Shown in pieces: positions 47,680 to 60,249 of a DNA stretch of 64,000 nt. Under the pieces are notes generated by a model. The model had not been told where the DNA came from and did no database searches. It worked only from the letters and a program-made list of their open reading frames with translations. A program made the translations under genes and the position numbers. The DNA is taken from positions 22,940,001-23,004,000 of the forward strand of contig NC_043014.1 in assembly GCF_006345805.1 (NCBI RefSeq). The letters run 5' to 3'. Source of the stretch: Octopus sinensis. Lineage: Eukaryota. Numbering within the stretch: position 1 is the stretch's first letter; the number at the start of each line of letters is the position of its first letter.

Positions 47680-50390
47680 ATATGTAGACAAAGCCATTAG
47701 AGAAATGAAACAGGCCTGGAAAGCCTGGAGGGATGGGGGTTGCAAGGAACTGTACCAGGTAGCCAAAAGGGAGGCTGGGCAGCAGGTAAACATAACCAAG
47801 GGCGAAGCAGAAAAGAAGAAGTTTGCCAATGTTCAGCAACATGAGGACCAAAGAACTGAGGTATTTCGGATTGTTAGACAGTGAGTGAAGAAAATTGTGA
47901 TATCACAGGAGTGAAATGCGTCCGCATGGATGATGGTGCACTTACTTTTAATGTTTCTGAAAAGAAAGAGGCTTGGAGAAGCCATTATGAAAGACTGCTG
48001 AATGTGGAGAATAAATGGGAGGAGGAGAACCTGCCAAATGTTGACCCAGTAGAGGAACCAGCTATCCCAATAAACAGCTCCCTAGTAGATAAAGCAATTA
48101 AGGGTATGAAGCCAGGAAAAGCCCCCGGCCCATCAGGAATTACTGCTGAGATGCTTAAAATATCTGGTGGTCACCCGCATTGTAAACCAGGTAGTTCGTA
48201 ATGGAGTCATACCCAATGACTGGAATAGCAGCACTGCTACAAGGGTAAAGGTGATGCTCTTGATAGAAATAACTACAGGGGTATCAAACTGCTGGATCAG
48301 GTGATGAAGGTCACAGAGAGGGTTATAGCCCATCTTAGAAGGGAGAGAGTTTGCTTAGATGAGATGCAGTTCGGTTTTGTTCCAGATAGAAGCACCACTG
48401 ATGCCATATTCCTGGTTCGACAACTGCAAGAGATACCTAGCTAAACATCAACCCCTCTTCTTAGCTTTCATGGACTTGGAGAAAGCCTTTGATAGGGTCC
48501 CCCGATCCCTTATCTGGTGGGCAATGCGGAAACTGGAGATTGATGAATGGTTAATAAAAGCTGTACAGGCCCTATACAGAGAGGCCGTTAGTAAGGTTAG
48601 GATAGGCAATGAGTATAGTAAAGATTTCCGGGCAGCAGTAGGGGTCCAACAAGGTTCAGTCCTCAGTCCCCTTCTATTCTTCATAGTCCTCCAGGTAATA
48701 ACAGAGGAATTCAAGATGGGCTGCCCCTGGGAGCTCCTTGATGCTGATGACCTGGCCCTCATTGCAGAATCACTACTGGAACTAGAAAAGAAATTTTGGG
48801 TGTGGAAGCTAGGTTTAGAATCAAAAGGTCTTAGAGTAAATGTTACAAAGACCAAAGTTCTAGTAAGTAGGAAGGCGAACTCATCACACATCCCGCTCAG
48901 GTAGGTGGCCCTGCTCAATCTGTAGAAAAGGTAGAAACTCCATAAGATGTACCCAGTGTAAGCTATGGATGCATAAGAGGTGCAGCAACATCAGAAGAAA
49001 ATTAACCGAGAAGATAGCTTTTGTGTGCGGCAGATGCATAGGGGCAATAAACTCCACAGATACTCAGTAAACAGATTTCATCACACTCCAGGGGAAGAAA
49101 CTAGAAGTAGTTGATAGTTTCCGTTACCTAGGTGACCAAGTTAGTAGTGGAGGTGGATGCTCAGAGGGTGTTACCACTAGAATATGAATAGCCTGGGCAA
49201 AGTTTAGAAAGTTTCTACCCCTACTGGTAACAAAGGGTCTCTCGCTCAGAGTGAAAGGTAGATTCTTCGATGCATGTGCGTGAACTGCCATGCTTCATGG
49301 TAGTGAAACATGGGCTGTGACTGCAGAAGACATGTATAAGCTCAAAAGAAATGAAGCTAGAATGATCCGCTGAATATGTAATTTCAGTGTGCACACATGA
49401 CAGAGTGTAAGCACCCTGAGAGAAATGTTGGACATAAGAAGCATCAGATGTGGCATTCAAGAGAGACGTTTGTGCTGGTATGGGCATGTACAATGGATGG
49501 ATGAGGAGAGATGTGTGAAGAAGTGCCACTCCCAAACAGTTGAAGGAAGCTGGGGTAGAGGTAGACGCAGGAAGACATGAGATGAGGTGGTTAAGCATGA
49601 CCTTCGAACAGGCAATGACAAAAGGCTGAGTTCTCTGAAGATATGCTGTGACTGCGAAGACCCGACAAATAACATGAGTTCGTGGCTGTTTCCTGCTTCA
49701 CATAGCAGCCCCAGCCTATCCAAAGTACCTTGGATCACAGGACGGCCTGCTGTGCTTACCTTGGATCCATAGGGCGACCTGCTGTGCTTGAGGAGACCTA
49801 TTGAGTCAAGTACATCAACATCAAAATAAAAATCATATGGATATTGTAGTTGTGATATCCGTGCCAGGGGCACGTTGGGCCTCACAGAGGAAATAACGAA
49901 GACTGAGATCTCAGATATATACTGTGAATGTGAAGACCCCACAAATAAAGTGAGTTCATGGCTCGCAGGATGGCCTGCTGTGCTAACCTTGGATTGTAGA
50001 GTGACCTGCTGTGCTTGAGGAGACCTATTCAGTCAAGTATGTCAACACCAACATCAAAATAAAAATCAAATGGAAATTGTAGTTAAGATACCCATGCCAG
50101 TGACACGTAAAAAGCACCGTTCGAATGTGGTAGGTGCCAGTGCTGCCTGATTGATGTCCGTGTCAGTGACATATAAAAGCACCAACCAATCGTGGCCATT
50201 TGCCAGCCTCCTCTGGCCCCTGTGCCGGTGGCACGTAATAAACATTCACTACACTCATGCAGTGGTTGGCGTTAAGAAGGGCATCCAGCTGTAGAAACAC
50301 TGCCAGATGAGACTGGAGCCTGGTGCAGATTCCTGGCTTCCTAGACCCCAGTCGAAACAGACGTTAAATGATGATGATGATAATAATGAT
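47680..50390 (+). mobile_element. Decayed RTE LINE (family of 52200-56071), 5'-truncated, partly duplicated 3' UTR
   Basis: Homologous RT (FMDLEKAFDRVP, GSVLSPLLF, DADD), PHD-type insert, YLGD; many stops and deletions. Confidence 0.93.
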
Positions 50391-50404
50391 ATATATATAC
50401 ATAT

Positions 50405-50620
50405 CTCTCTTTATTCTTTTACTTGTTTTAGTCATTTGACTGTGGCCATGCTGGAGTACTGCCTTTAGTCGAGCAAATCGACCCCGGGACTTATTCTTTG
50501 TAAGCCCAGTACTTATTTTATCAGTCTCTTTTGCTGAACCGCTACGTGACGGGGACATAAACACGCCAGCATCGGTTGTCAAGCAATGCTAGGGGGACAA
50601 ACACAGACACACAAACATAT

Positions 50621-50652
<32 letters not shown>

Positions 50653-50822
50653 ATATATACGACTGGCTTCTTTCAGTTTCCATCTACCAAATCCACTCAC
50701 AAGGCATTGGTCGACCCGGGGCTATAGCAGAAGACACTTGCCCAAGATGCCATGCAGTGGGACTGAACCCGAAACCATGTGGTTGGTAAGCAAGCTACTT
50801 ACCACACAGCCACTCCAGCGCC
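50405..50822 (-). mobile_element. Young tRNA-derived SINE, full length
   Basis: Reverse complement of the 17423 family. Confidence 0.93.
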
Positions 50823-50830
50823 TATATATG

Positions 50831-50861
<31 letters not shown>

Positions 50862-51129
50862 ACGTATATGTACATATATAAATTTATTTATATATATATG
50901 CATATGTGTATATATATATGTATGTATATGTGTATATATATATATGCATATATATATATATATGTCTGTATATATATATATATGTATATATATACATATA
51001 TATACATACATATATATATGCATATATATATAAATAAATTTTGAACCGTCCAACCCATGCTAGCATGTAAAATGGACGTTAAACAATGATGATGATGATG
51101 ATGATATACATATACATACACACACACAC

Positions 51130-51160
<31 letters not shown>

Positions 51161-51205
51161 GGCGCTGGAGTGGCTGTGTGGTAAGTAGCTTGCTTATGTA
51201 TATGT

Positions 51206-51509
51206 GGAGGCACAATGGCCCAGTGGTTAGGGCAGCGGACTCGCGGTCGTAGGATCGCGGTTTCAATTCCCAGACCGGGCGTTGTGTGCGTTTATTGAGC
51301 GAAAACACCTAAAACCTCCACGACGCTCCGGCAGGGGGTGACGATCTCTGCTGTACTCTTTCACCACTCTTTCTCTCACTCTTTCGTCTGTTGGCCTGCT
51401 TGCTTAGCCAGCGGGGTGGCGTCATTCGAAGGCAAAAACAATGTGAACGCATTGTGACCAGCGATCTGTAACAACATCTGATGGTCTGGTCGGTCACGTG
51501 ATCACGTGA
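51206..51509 (+). mobile_element. tRNA-Arg-like SINE (octopus OR-type), tail variant A
   Basis: Head TGGCCCAGTGGTTAGGGCAGCGGACTCGCGG...GTTTCAATTCC, with TCG at the anticodon position. Confidence 0.8.
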
Positions 51510-52199
51510 CATATATGTATATATATATATATGTATGTATATATGTATGTATGTATGCATAAATATATTTGTATGTATATATGTATATATATGTGTGTAT
51601 ATATCTATGTATATATACACATATCTATGTATATATATATATATATATAAAAGAATACAAAAAATGGGCCAAGAACACAAAACATCCAGACAGATGATAC
51701 AAAAAAAGGACAACAAAACATTCAGACAGTTGCATGATACAAAACGGAAAAAAACAAGGACGGGTCATTCGGAGTTTTCTTTTGTCAGTCGAGATCCAGA
51801 TTGGATTTGCAGTTTCGGCTGGTTATACCCAAAACATCCAAATCCCTAACGAAGAAATACGCACCGATCATGAACGGTTAAAGTTAAGAAATTCTTCTTT
51901 CAACCTCGCTTGCCTCTACCATCTATCTTTGCAGGTATCATCATTATTCTTTCATTATTCTTCGATTACTCTCTCATTATATTGTTCTTTCAGTACTCTC
52001 TCATTATATTATTCTTTCAGTACTCTCTCACTATATTCTTCTTTCAGTATTCTCTCAGTATTCTCTCATTACTCTGTGTAGCTCAAATATGTTTTTCATT
52101 TAGTCTTGTCTCCCTGTTGCTCCCAGTTCATAGCCACTTATCTTTCCCCTAAAAATCTCACTTTCTCAGATTTTTCAAACCTACTTTCTTGCTCACATG

Positions 52200-55100
52200 A
52201 TTAACGGAACCTCTTCCTAGTTTATGGTGCACCTGCCCTCCCACCCCCTCCACACATGCCGGAAGTTCCTATTCTTTGCCATCCCGGGGTTGCTTCCCAT
52301 GAAGACTGCAAATGATCTTTCACCATCCCTACCCCTAGTCTCGACCTATGTAAGGTAATGTTCATACAGTGCAAAATATGAAAGGCTAGTGTTATGCAGG
52401 TTGAACTGAAGGCTACTGTATTACTTGCACATGAATTCTGCCAAATGCAAGCTTTCTTTTCAGGTACATGAAGCTACTGTCCACCATCCCAGGGTCTCTA
52501 GGGCCCATACCTCCCACACCCTCAGGGTTGGCACCCTCAACATTGGCACACTGAAAGGTAGGTCTGGTGAGATAGTCGAGATGCTTGAACGGAGATGTGT
52601 GGATATATGTTGCATGCAAGAAGTAAGGTGGAGAGGAGGATCTGCTAGGTTCCTCACAGGCAAGGAACACAGGTACAAGATTTTCTGGGCAGGGAACACT
52701 GACGGGGTTGGTGGCGTGGGTATACTTATCGCTGAGAAATGGGTAGATAAAGTAATTGAGGTAATCAGAGTATGTGACAGAATACTTAAGATTAGATTAG
52801 TGCTTCATCATAGTTTAGCAAACATTATATCAGCCTATGCTCCTCAGTCGGGGCTACCCGATGGACAGAAAGACCGATTCTATGACACTCTACTGCAGAC
52901 TACCTCGTTCACGAATGACAGAACCCTTCTCTTTGTGACTGGTGACTTCAATGGTCACGTTGGACGACATGCTGGGGGCTTCCATGGCGTACATGGAGGC
53001 TATAGCTATGGTTCCCGCAACGAGGAGGGAACCAGGCTGCTGGAGTTCTGCGATGCAAATAATCTTATGATTTGCAACACTAACTTCAGGAAACCTACCA
53101 GCCACCTAGTTACCTACCAATCGGGCCAACATACCAGCCAAATTGACTACATCCTTGCCAGGCAAAGGGAGAGATGGCTGCTTATAAATGCCAAAACCTT
53201 CCCAGGCGAAGAATGTACCCCACAATATAGACTAGTAGTTAGTGACTTTAGGATCAGGACTAGGAGGACAACCAGAAGACGACCAACATGGAGAAGAAGG
53301 ATCTGGAAGCTTAAAGATCCTGCGAATGGATAGAGATTTAGGGACATGCTACTTGAAGCCTTTGACGAAGTAGAAGGGGAAAGAGTATCACATGGGGTAA
53401 AAGGCAACTGGACGTTTCTAAGGGAAAACCTGCTGAGAGCCACTGACCAGATCTGTGGCTGGTACAAAGTCCCCTCTCGTCCCAAGGTAACGTGGTGGTG
53501 GAACAGTGTTGTAGACAGGGCTATTAGAGAAAAGAGACAGACTTGGAAGGACTGGAAGAATGGTGGTAGCAGGGAATTGTATCAGACTGCCAAAAGGGAA
53601 GCTAGGAGACAGGTCTATCTAGCCAGAGGGGAAGCAGATAAGAAAAAATTTGCCAATGTTCTGCGCCGTGAGGACCAAAGACTGGAGGTGTTTCGCGTTG
53701 CAAGACAGTGTGTGAAAGATAATTGTGATGTGGTAGGAGAGAAGTGTGTTCGCATGGAAAATGGTTCACTTGCGCTAAATGAGGATGCAAAGAGAGAGGT
53801 TTGGAGACGCCACTATGAAAGGTTGCTGAATAAAGAAAATGAACGGGATAAAGAGAGTCTGCCGAATGTTGACCCAACAGAGGGACCAGCTATCCGAGTT
53901 GACAGTTCCTTGGTAGCTAAGGCAATTAGAAGCATGAAGACAGGGAAAGTCCCAGGCCCAACAGGAATCACTGCAGAGATGCTCAAAATATCTGGTAGTG
54001 TCGGCTATAGCCTAGTCACCCGTATAGTTAATCAGGTGATACACGAAGGAGTCATACCCAATGACTGGTGTAGCAGCATAACAGTCAACTGCTACAAAGG
54101 TAAAGGTGACGCCCTAGATACAAATAATTACAGAGGTATCAAGCTGTTGGATCAGGTAATGAAGGTTACGGAGGGGGTCATAGCCCAACTAATTAGAGCG
54201 AGAGTTAGTTTAGATGAGATGCAGTTTGGGTTCGTGCCAGGGAAAAGTACCACTGATGCTATATTCCTGGAAAGGCAGCTGCAGAAGAAATACCTAGCCA
54301 AAAATAAGGCCCTGTACCAGGCTTTTGTTGACATGGAGAAAGCCTTCAACAGGGGCCCCCGATCCCTTATCTGGTGGTCAATGAGGACACTAGGGATAGA
54401 TGAATGGTTAGTGAGAGCTGTGCGAGCCATGTACAGGGACGCTGCTAGTAAGGTGAGGGTTGGAAACGAGTACAGTGAAGAATTCCGGGTGGAGGTAGGG
54501 GTCCACCAAGGCTCAGTCCACAGCCCCCTCCTATTTATCATAGTCCTCCAGGCAATAACGGAGGAATTCAAGACAGGATGCCCTTTGGAGTTCCTCTATG
54601 CTGATGACCTTGCTCTAATTGCTGAGTCACTATCAGAACTAGAGGAGAAGATTAGAATCGAAGGGCCTTAGAGTCAATCTAGCTAAAACCAAAGTCCTAA
54701 TAAGTAGGAAGGTAGACAAATCACAAACGCCTTCAGGTAGGTGGCCCTGCTCGATCTGTAGAAAAGGTGTATGTAGAAACTCTATAAGGTGCACCAAGTG
54801 TAAGCTATGGACACATAAGAGGTGCAGCAATGTCAAAGGAAGGCTAACTAGGAAGATGGTTTTGTATGTGGCAGATGCTCAGGAACAATAAACACTGAAA
54901 ATGCTCTGAGACCAACTTCTGTCACTTTCCAGGGAGAAAAACTAGAAATAGTTGATAACTTCCATTACCTAGGTGACCAAGTCAGCAGCGGGGGGGGGGG
55001 CTGAAAGTATAACTGCTAGAGTAAGAATAGCTTGGGCAAAGTTCAGAGAGCTCTTACCTCTACTGGTGACTAAAGGCCTCTCGCTCAGAGTAAAAGGCAG

Positions 55101-56071
55101 ACTGTATGACACGTGTGTACGAACAGCCATGCTACATGGCAGTGAAACATGGGCCGTGACTGCTGAGGATGTGTGTAAGCTTGCAAGAAATGAAGCCAGT
55201 ATGCTCCGATGGATGTGTAATGTCAGTATTCATACTCGACAGAGTGTAAGTCCCTTGAGAGAAAAGCTAGACCTAAGAAGCATCAGATGTGGTGTGCAAG
55301 AGAGACGTTTGCGCTGGTATGGACATGTGGCGAGAATGGATGAAGATAGTTGTGTGAAAAAGTGCCACACCCTAGCGGTTGAGGGAACCTGTGGAAGAGG
55401 CAGACCCAGGGAAACCTGGGACAAGGTGGTGAAGCACGACCTTCGAACTTTAGGTCTCACTGAGGAAATGACTAGAGACCGAGACCTCTGGAAGTATGCT
55501 GTGCGTGAGAAGACCCGGCAGGACAAGTGAGACCATAACCCATGGCCTTCTACATGGGATGTAGCCAGCCCACTTATGCATACCTTCCCTTCTTGGGACA
55601 CAAAACTCTACTTGTGAAGACCTGTTGAGGCAAGTGAGAATCAGAATCGAAATCGATCAATGGAAATTGCAGCTGACTTACCAGTGCCGGTGGCACATAA
55701 GAGAACCATCCGAACATGGCCCTTGCCAGCGCCGCTGCGACTGGCCTCGTGCTGGTGGCACGTAAAAAGCACCATCCGTTCGTGGCCGTTGCTGGCCTCG
55801 CCTGGCCCCCGTGCCGGTGGCACATAAAAGGCACCATCCGATCGTGGCCATTTGCCAGACTTGTCTGGTACCTGTGCTGGTGGCACGTAAAAAGCACCCA
55901 CTACACTCATGGAGTGGTTGGCGTTAGGAAGGGCATCCAGCCGTAGAAACATTGCTTGATCAAACTGGGCCTGGTGCAGCCTTCTGGCTTCCCAGACCCC
56001 AGTTGAACCGTCCAACCCATGCTAGCATGGAAAGCGGATGCTAAACGATGATGATGATGATGATGATGATG
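52200..56071 (+). mobile_element. Near full-length RTE LINE (APE + RT + PHD-type insert, long 3' UTR, (GAT)n tail), defective
   Basis: VGTLNIGTL, ISAYAPQ, GDFNGH, SQIDYIL; QFGFVPGKSTTDAI, FVDMEKAF, GSVHSPLLF, YADD; stop at 53331-53333; deletion/frameshift near 54650; 5' boundary uncertain. Confidence 0.95.
52425..55530 (+). pseudogene. RTE ORF (endonuclease/reverse transcriptase), disrupted
   Basis: ORFs 52425-53333, 53346-54671 and 54973-55530 are collinear parts of one polyprotein. Confidence 0.93.
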
Positions 56072-56126
<55 letters not shown>

Positions 56127-56130
56127 TATA

Positions 56131-56180
<50 letters not shown>

Positions 56181-56232
56181 GTATGTATATATATATAAAT
56201 AGGAAAAAAGCAACAAGAATGGATTAAAATAT

Positions 56233-56314
56233 CGGTACAATTGTTTCGTACGAGGACATCTTTAATAAGCTACAAAAAATGCAGTAAATATAGATGGCTC
56301 ATACTCGTTAGCCG
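56233..56314 (-). ncRNA. Hammerhead ribozyme relic with G5A
   Basis: Minus: CGG CTAACGA GTATGAG...CTCGTAC GAAA C AATT G TA CCG. Confidence 0.7.
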
Positions 56315-56389
56315 AAAAAACATCAGAGATTCCCAAACATCAAAAGGGGTAGATACAAATGAGGGTGTGAATTTAACTGCATTGAAGAA

Positions 56390-56815
56390 AGTTCGATTCC
56401 TGGAGATCCGATGAAAGGTCTTGAACTTACAGAATTTGTGCATGTCCATATATAGTTCATATTGAATTGTTAATCAAGTTATGTGAAGAAATGTTTGGAT
56501 ACAATCGAGCGAAATTTCTGAGAATCTGAGTAAGAAGCAAAGTGACAGTCTTATTGTGTAGAGGAACAGATTGTTATTGAAATTTATAAGAATCACAGAG
56601 AAGTTCGATTCCTGGAGATCCGATGAAAGGTCTTGAACTTACAGAATATGTGCATGTCCATATATAGTTCATAGTGAATTGTTAATCAAGTTATGTGAAG
56701 AAATTTTGGATACTATCCAGCGAAATTTCTGAGAATCTGAGTAAGAAGCAAAGTGACAGTCTTATCCTGCAGAGGAACAGATTGTTATTGAAATTTACAA
56801 GAATCACAGAGAAGA
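56390..56815. repeat. Tandem duplication, period about 212 bp, adjacent to the HHR relic
   Basis: GTTCGATTCCTGGAGATCCGATGAAAGG at 56391 and 56603. Confidence 0.9.
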
Positions 56816-57105
56816 GGAAGGAAGTAGAATTTAGCCAGTTACTGCTATTAATTGCTATCAAAGAGAAGGGAATGGGAAGCTAAAGGGAGGGACACAAGTT
56901 GATACTATAAGAAAAATCTAAGCTTATTTGGTGCAAAATTCGAACTGAGGTCAATTAATTTATTTCTTTATTTATTAAAGTTACTATTAATAGATTGTCA
57001 GGTTACAATAAGAGGTCAGCGGAAAGGAAAGAAAAAAAGAAAAAAGGAGTTGTTTTCTAATGAAACCAAACAATTATATTATATTATATTATATAATATA
57101 TATAT

Positions 57106-58220
57106 AACGAACGTGGCCGTAGCCAGTACCGCACCGACTGGCCTCCGTGCTGTGGGCACGTAACAAACACCATCCGATCGTGGCCGTTCGCCAGCCTCAT
57201 CTGGCACCTGTGTCGGTGGCACATAAAAACACCATCCGAAGACCCGGCAAGACTAGTCAGGCCATAACCTGTGGCCCCTACCTGGGACGTAGTCAGTCCA
57301 CCTGTGCATACCTTCCTTCTTGTGACACTTGTGAAGACCTGTTGAGGCAAGTGAAAATCAACATCAAATAAAATCAAATCAAAACAAATCAAAATAGATG
57401 AACATTAATGGAATTTGTATCTTTGTGGTACCAGTGCCGGTGGCACACAAGAAAACCATCCGAACGTGGCCGTAGCCAGTACCGCATCGAATGGCCTCCG
57501 TGCTGTGGGCACGTAACAAACACCATCCGATCGTGGCCGTTCGCCAGCCTCATCTGGCACCTATGTCGGTGGCACATAAAAACACTGTCCGAAGACCCGG
57601 CAAGACTAGTCAGGCCATAACCCGTGGCCCTTACCTGGGACGTAGTCAGTCCACCTGTGCATACCTTTCTTCTTGTGACACTTGTGAAGACCTGTTGAGG
57701 CAAGTGAAAATCAAAACAAATCAAAATAGATGAACATCAATGGAATTTGTATCATTGTGGTACCAGTGCCGGTGGCACGTGGCACACAAGAAAACCATCC
57801 GAACGTGGCCGTAGCCAGTACCGCATCGACTGGCCTCCGTGCTGTGGGCACGTAACAAACACCATCCGATTGTGGCCGTTTGCCAGCCTCATCTGGCACC
57901 TGTGTCGGTGGCACATAAAAACACCATCCGAGCGTGGTCGTCTGCCAGCCTCGTCTGGCACCTGTGTCGGTGGCACATAAAAAAACACCATCTGAGCGTG
58001 GCCGTTTGCCAGCCTCGTCTGGCACCTGTGTCGGTGGCACATAAAATCACCCACTACACTCTCGGAGTGGTTGGCGTTAGGAAGGGCATCCAGCTGTAGA
58101 AACACTGCCAGATCTGACTGGACTGGTGCAGCTTTCGGGCTCCCCAGACCCCAATTGAACCGTCCAACCCATGCTAGCATGGAAAGCGGACGTTAAATGA
58201 TGATGATGATGATGATGATG

Positions 58221-58222
<2 letters not shown>
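57106..58222 (+). mobile_element. Concatemer of RTE 3' UTR segments ending in one (GAT)n tail
   Basis: Units of about 353 and 339 bp; each jumps back to GAAGACCCGGCAAGACTAG, the end of the RTE ORF. Confidence 0.9.
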
Positions 58223-58259
<37 letters not shown>

Positions 58260-58640
58260 GAGATAGGGGTTGTGAGTGTAACCCTCTATGGGATAACATA
58301 TATCCAATACACTGCCAGTAAAGCACCCAGAAATGCTAATACATAAATGCTAAGAATTGCAATGCAATTAATTCCTTTATTGTATTATATGGGCGAAGGT
58401 AAAATGTTTTACCTCAAATTCATAATACAAAAAAAGAAAATGGAAGAATACACATTAATCAATCACCAACTACCAGATAATACCAATTCACATAATTTAT
58501 TAACCAACTACATAGTAACATCTAGATCAAACACAATAATACAGGACAAAACAGTACACATCAATGAGTAATATGCTACAATAAGAGCAATACGTATAAA
58601 TAAATATAAATAAATGTAAATAAATATAAATATAAACTAG

Positions 58641-58767
58641 ATCTTACAGCTGTTTCAGCCATGTAGATAAGAGTATCTCATTATGCTCATATTAGCCAGG
58701 TGTGTTAAGGTAATATGTGGTTATAAATGAGATACTTACATATATATCCCAAGGCCTCTTCAGAGAT
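58641..58767 (-). ncRNA. Type I hammerhead ribozyme with greatly extended stem II
   Basis: Minus: ATCT CTGAAGA GGCCTTG...CATGGCT GAAA C AGCT G TA AGAT; predicted cleavage between 58645 and 58644. Confidence 0.75.
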
Positions 58768-58821
58768 TATAAAGTACAATTCAAATATGAATATTAGAGA
58801 AGGTACACATATACAAGAATA

Positions 58822-59202
58822 GGAGGCGCAATGGCCCTGTGGTTAGGGCAGAGGACTCGCGGTCATAAGATCGCGGTTTCGATTCCCAGACCGGGCGTTG
58901 TGAGCGTTTATTGAGCAAAAACACCTAAACATCCACGAGGCTCCGGCAGGGGATTGTGGTGATCCCTGCTGTACTCTTTCACCACAACTTTCTCTCACTC
59001 TTTCTTCCTGTTTCTGTTGTACCTGTATTTCAAAGGCCCGGCCTTATCACTCTCTGTGTCACGCTGAATATCCCCGAGAACTACGTTAAGGGTACACGTG
59101 TCTGTGGAGTGCTCAGCCACTTACACGTTAATTTCACGAGGAGGCTGTTCCGTTGGTCGGATCAACCAGAACCATCATCGTCGTAACCGACGGAGTGCTT
59201 CC
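58822..59202 (+). mobile_element. tRNA-Arg-like SINE (octopus OR-type), tail variant B, with 11-bp TSD
   Basis: Same head as 51206; ATACAAGAATA at 58811-58821 and 59203-59213. Confidence 0.88.
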
Positions 59203-60249
59203 ATACAAGAATAAATACATATACATAATATACACATACATATAAGTGCATATACACATGCACCTACATATATATAAGTATATACATAATAATAATAATA
59301 TACATACACATAAGGTTACAGTTAGTCAAATCAATATATTAGAATATATATACATACGCACATCCACATGAAAGTGTACATATACAAAGTCCAGTGTTCA
59401 TTGTATTAAGTTACAAAAGGCTATTAATATTGTTATTATTATTATTATTATTAATAATAATAATACCAGTAAAAGAATATGTGCATTCCGCCATTCACAA
59501 TACATAGTATATGGAAAATATCACATAGAATACAGCAACAGCATAATATAATAATATAATACAATACAATACAGTATAGCTCAACAAACACATATATAAA
59601 GAAAAATATTCCTTTACATGATAGAAAAACCAAAAGTGTGCATGCGTATACATACAAATCAAAGTTCGGACGGTGATTGATATTTATTAGCAGGTTTGCA
59701 AATAATTTAAGATTTAAAGCTCAATACGATTGGTTGGCACATTTGAATTTCAGTTGTCTTAGTTATGGTTGGTTGGTTAAGATACACTTACATACATACA
59801 CTTGTATATGCGCGCATACGCATGCACACATAGATAAACCTAAGCACAGAAAATACAAACTTACATAAACACAAACATGCGTACATACATAACTACATAC
59901 GTATATATCCATATATACATATATATAAACAAATACATATACCCAAAAACAACCACGCACACATATATGTATATATATATACATACACATACATACTGAT
60001 AACTAAAATAATATTAAGAATCAAGAAATTTAACCTTGCTACGATTCACTGCATCCCTATTATTGTCAATACTTAATCCTATATTCAACAGGAGTCTATG
60101 TTTAACAGTATTAGTAACATTCAAATCATTAGGACTACTACTACGAATAGCAATATCATCAACCAAATTATTATTTGTCACTACAGAAATAGTACTATTA
60201 TAACCAACGTGAGGGTTACTCACGCTCGCACTATTAGGTTTATTAACTC

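Noticed and set aside
51206-51280. tRNA-Arg gene (also 58822 and the 17423-type heads)
   Set aside because: The acceptor stem is not formed and the sequence continues into a SINE body; these are SINE heads.
52100-52420. HDV-like ribozyme expected at an RTE 5' end
   Set aside because: No convincing motif seen; the 5' end may be truncated.
56391-56430. tRNA B-box-like GTTCGATTCC and SECIS-like hairpin
   Set aside because: No cloverleaf or A box, and the hairpin lacks the SECIS quartet and helix geometry.
58347-58571. 74-aa ORF conserved in two copies (also 62648-62872)
   Set aside because: Antisense to the PLE and conserved only because the pLTRs are recent duplicates.
58915-58975. HDV-like ribozyme in the OR-type SINE (TCCACGAGGC...GGCAGGG/CCCTGC)
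   Set aside because: An L3-like word is present, but a proper P1/P1.1/P2 pseudoknot could not be built by hand.
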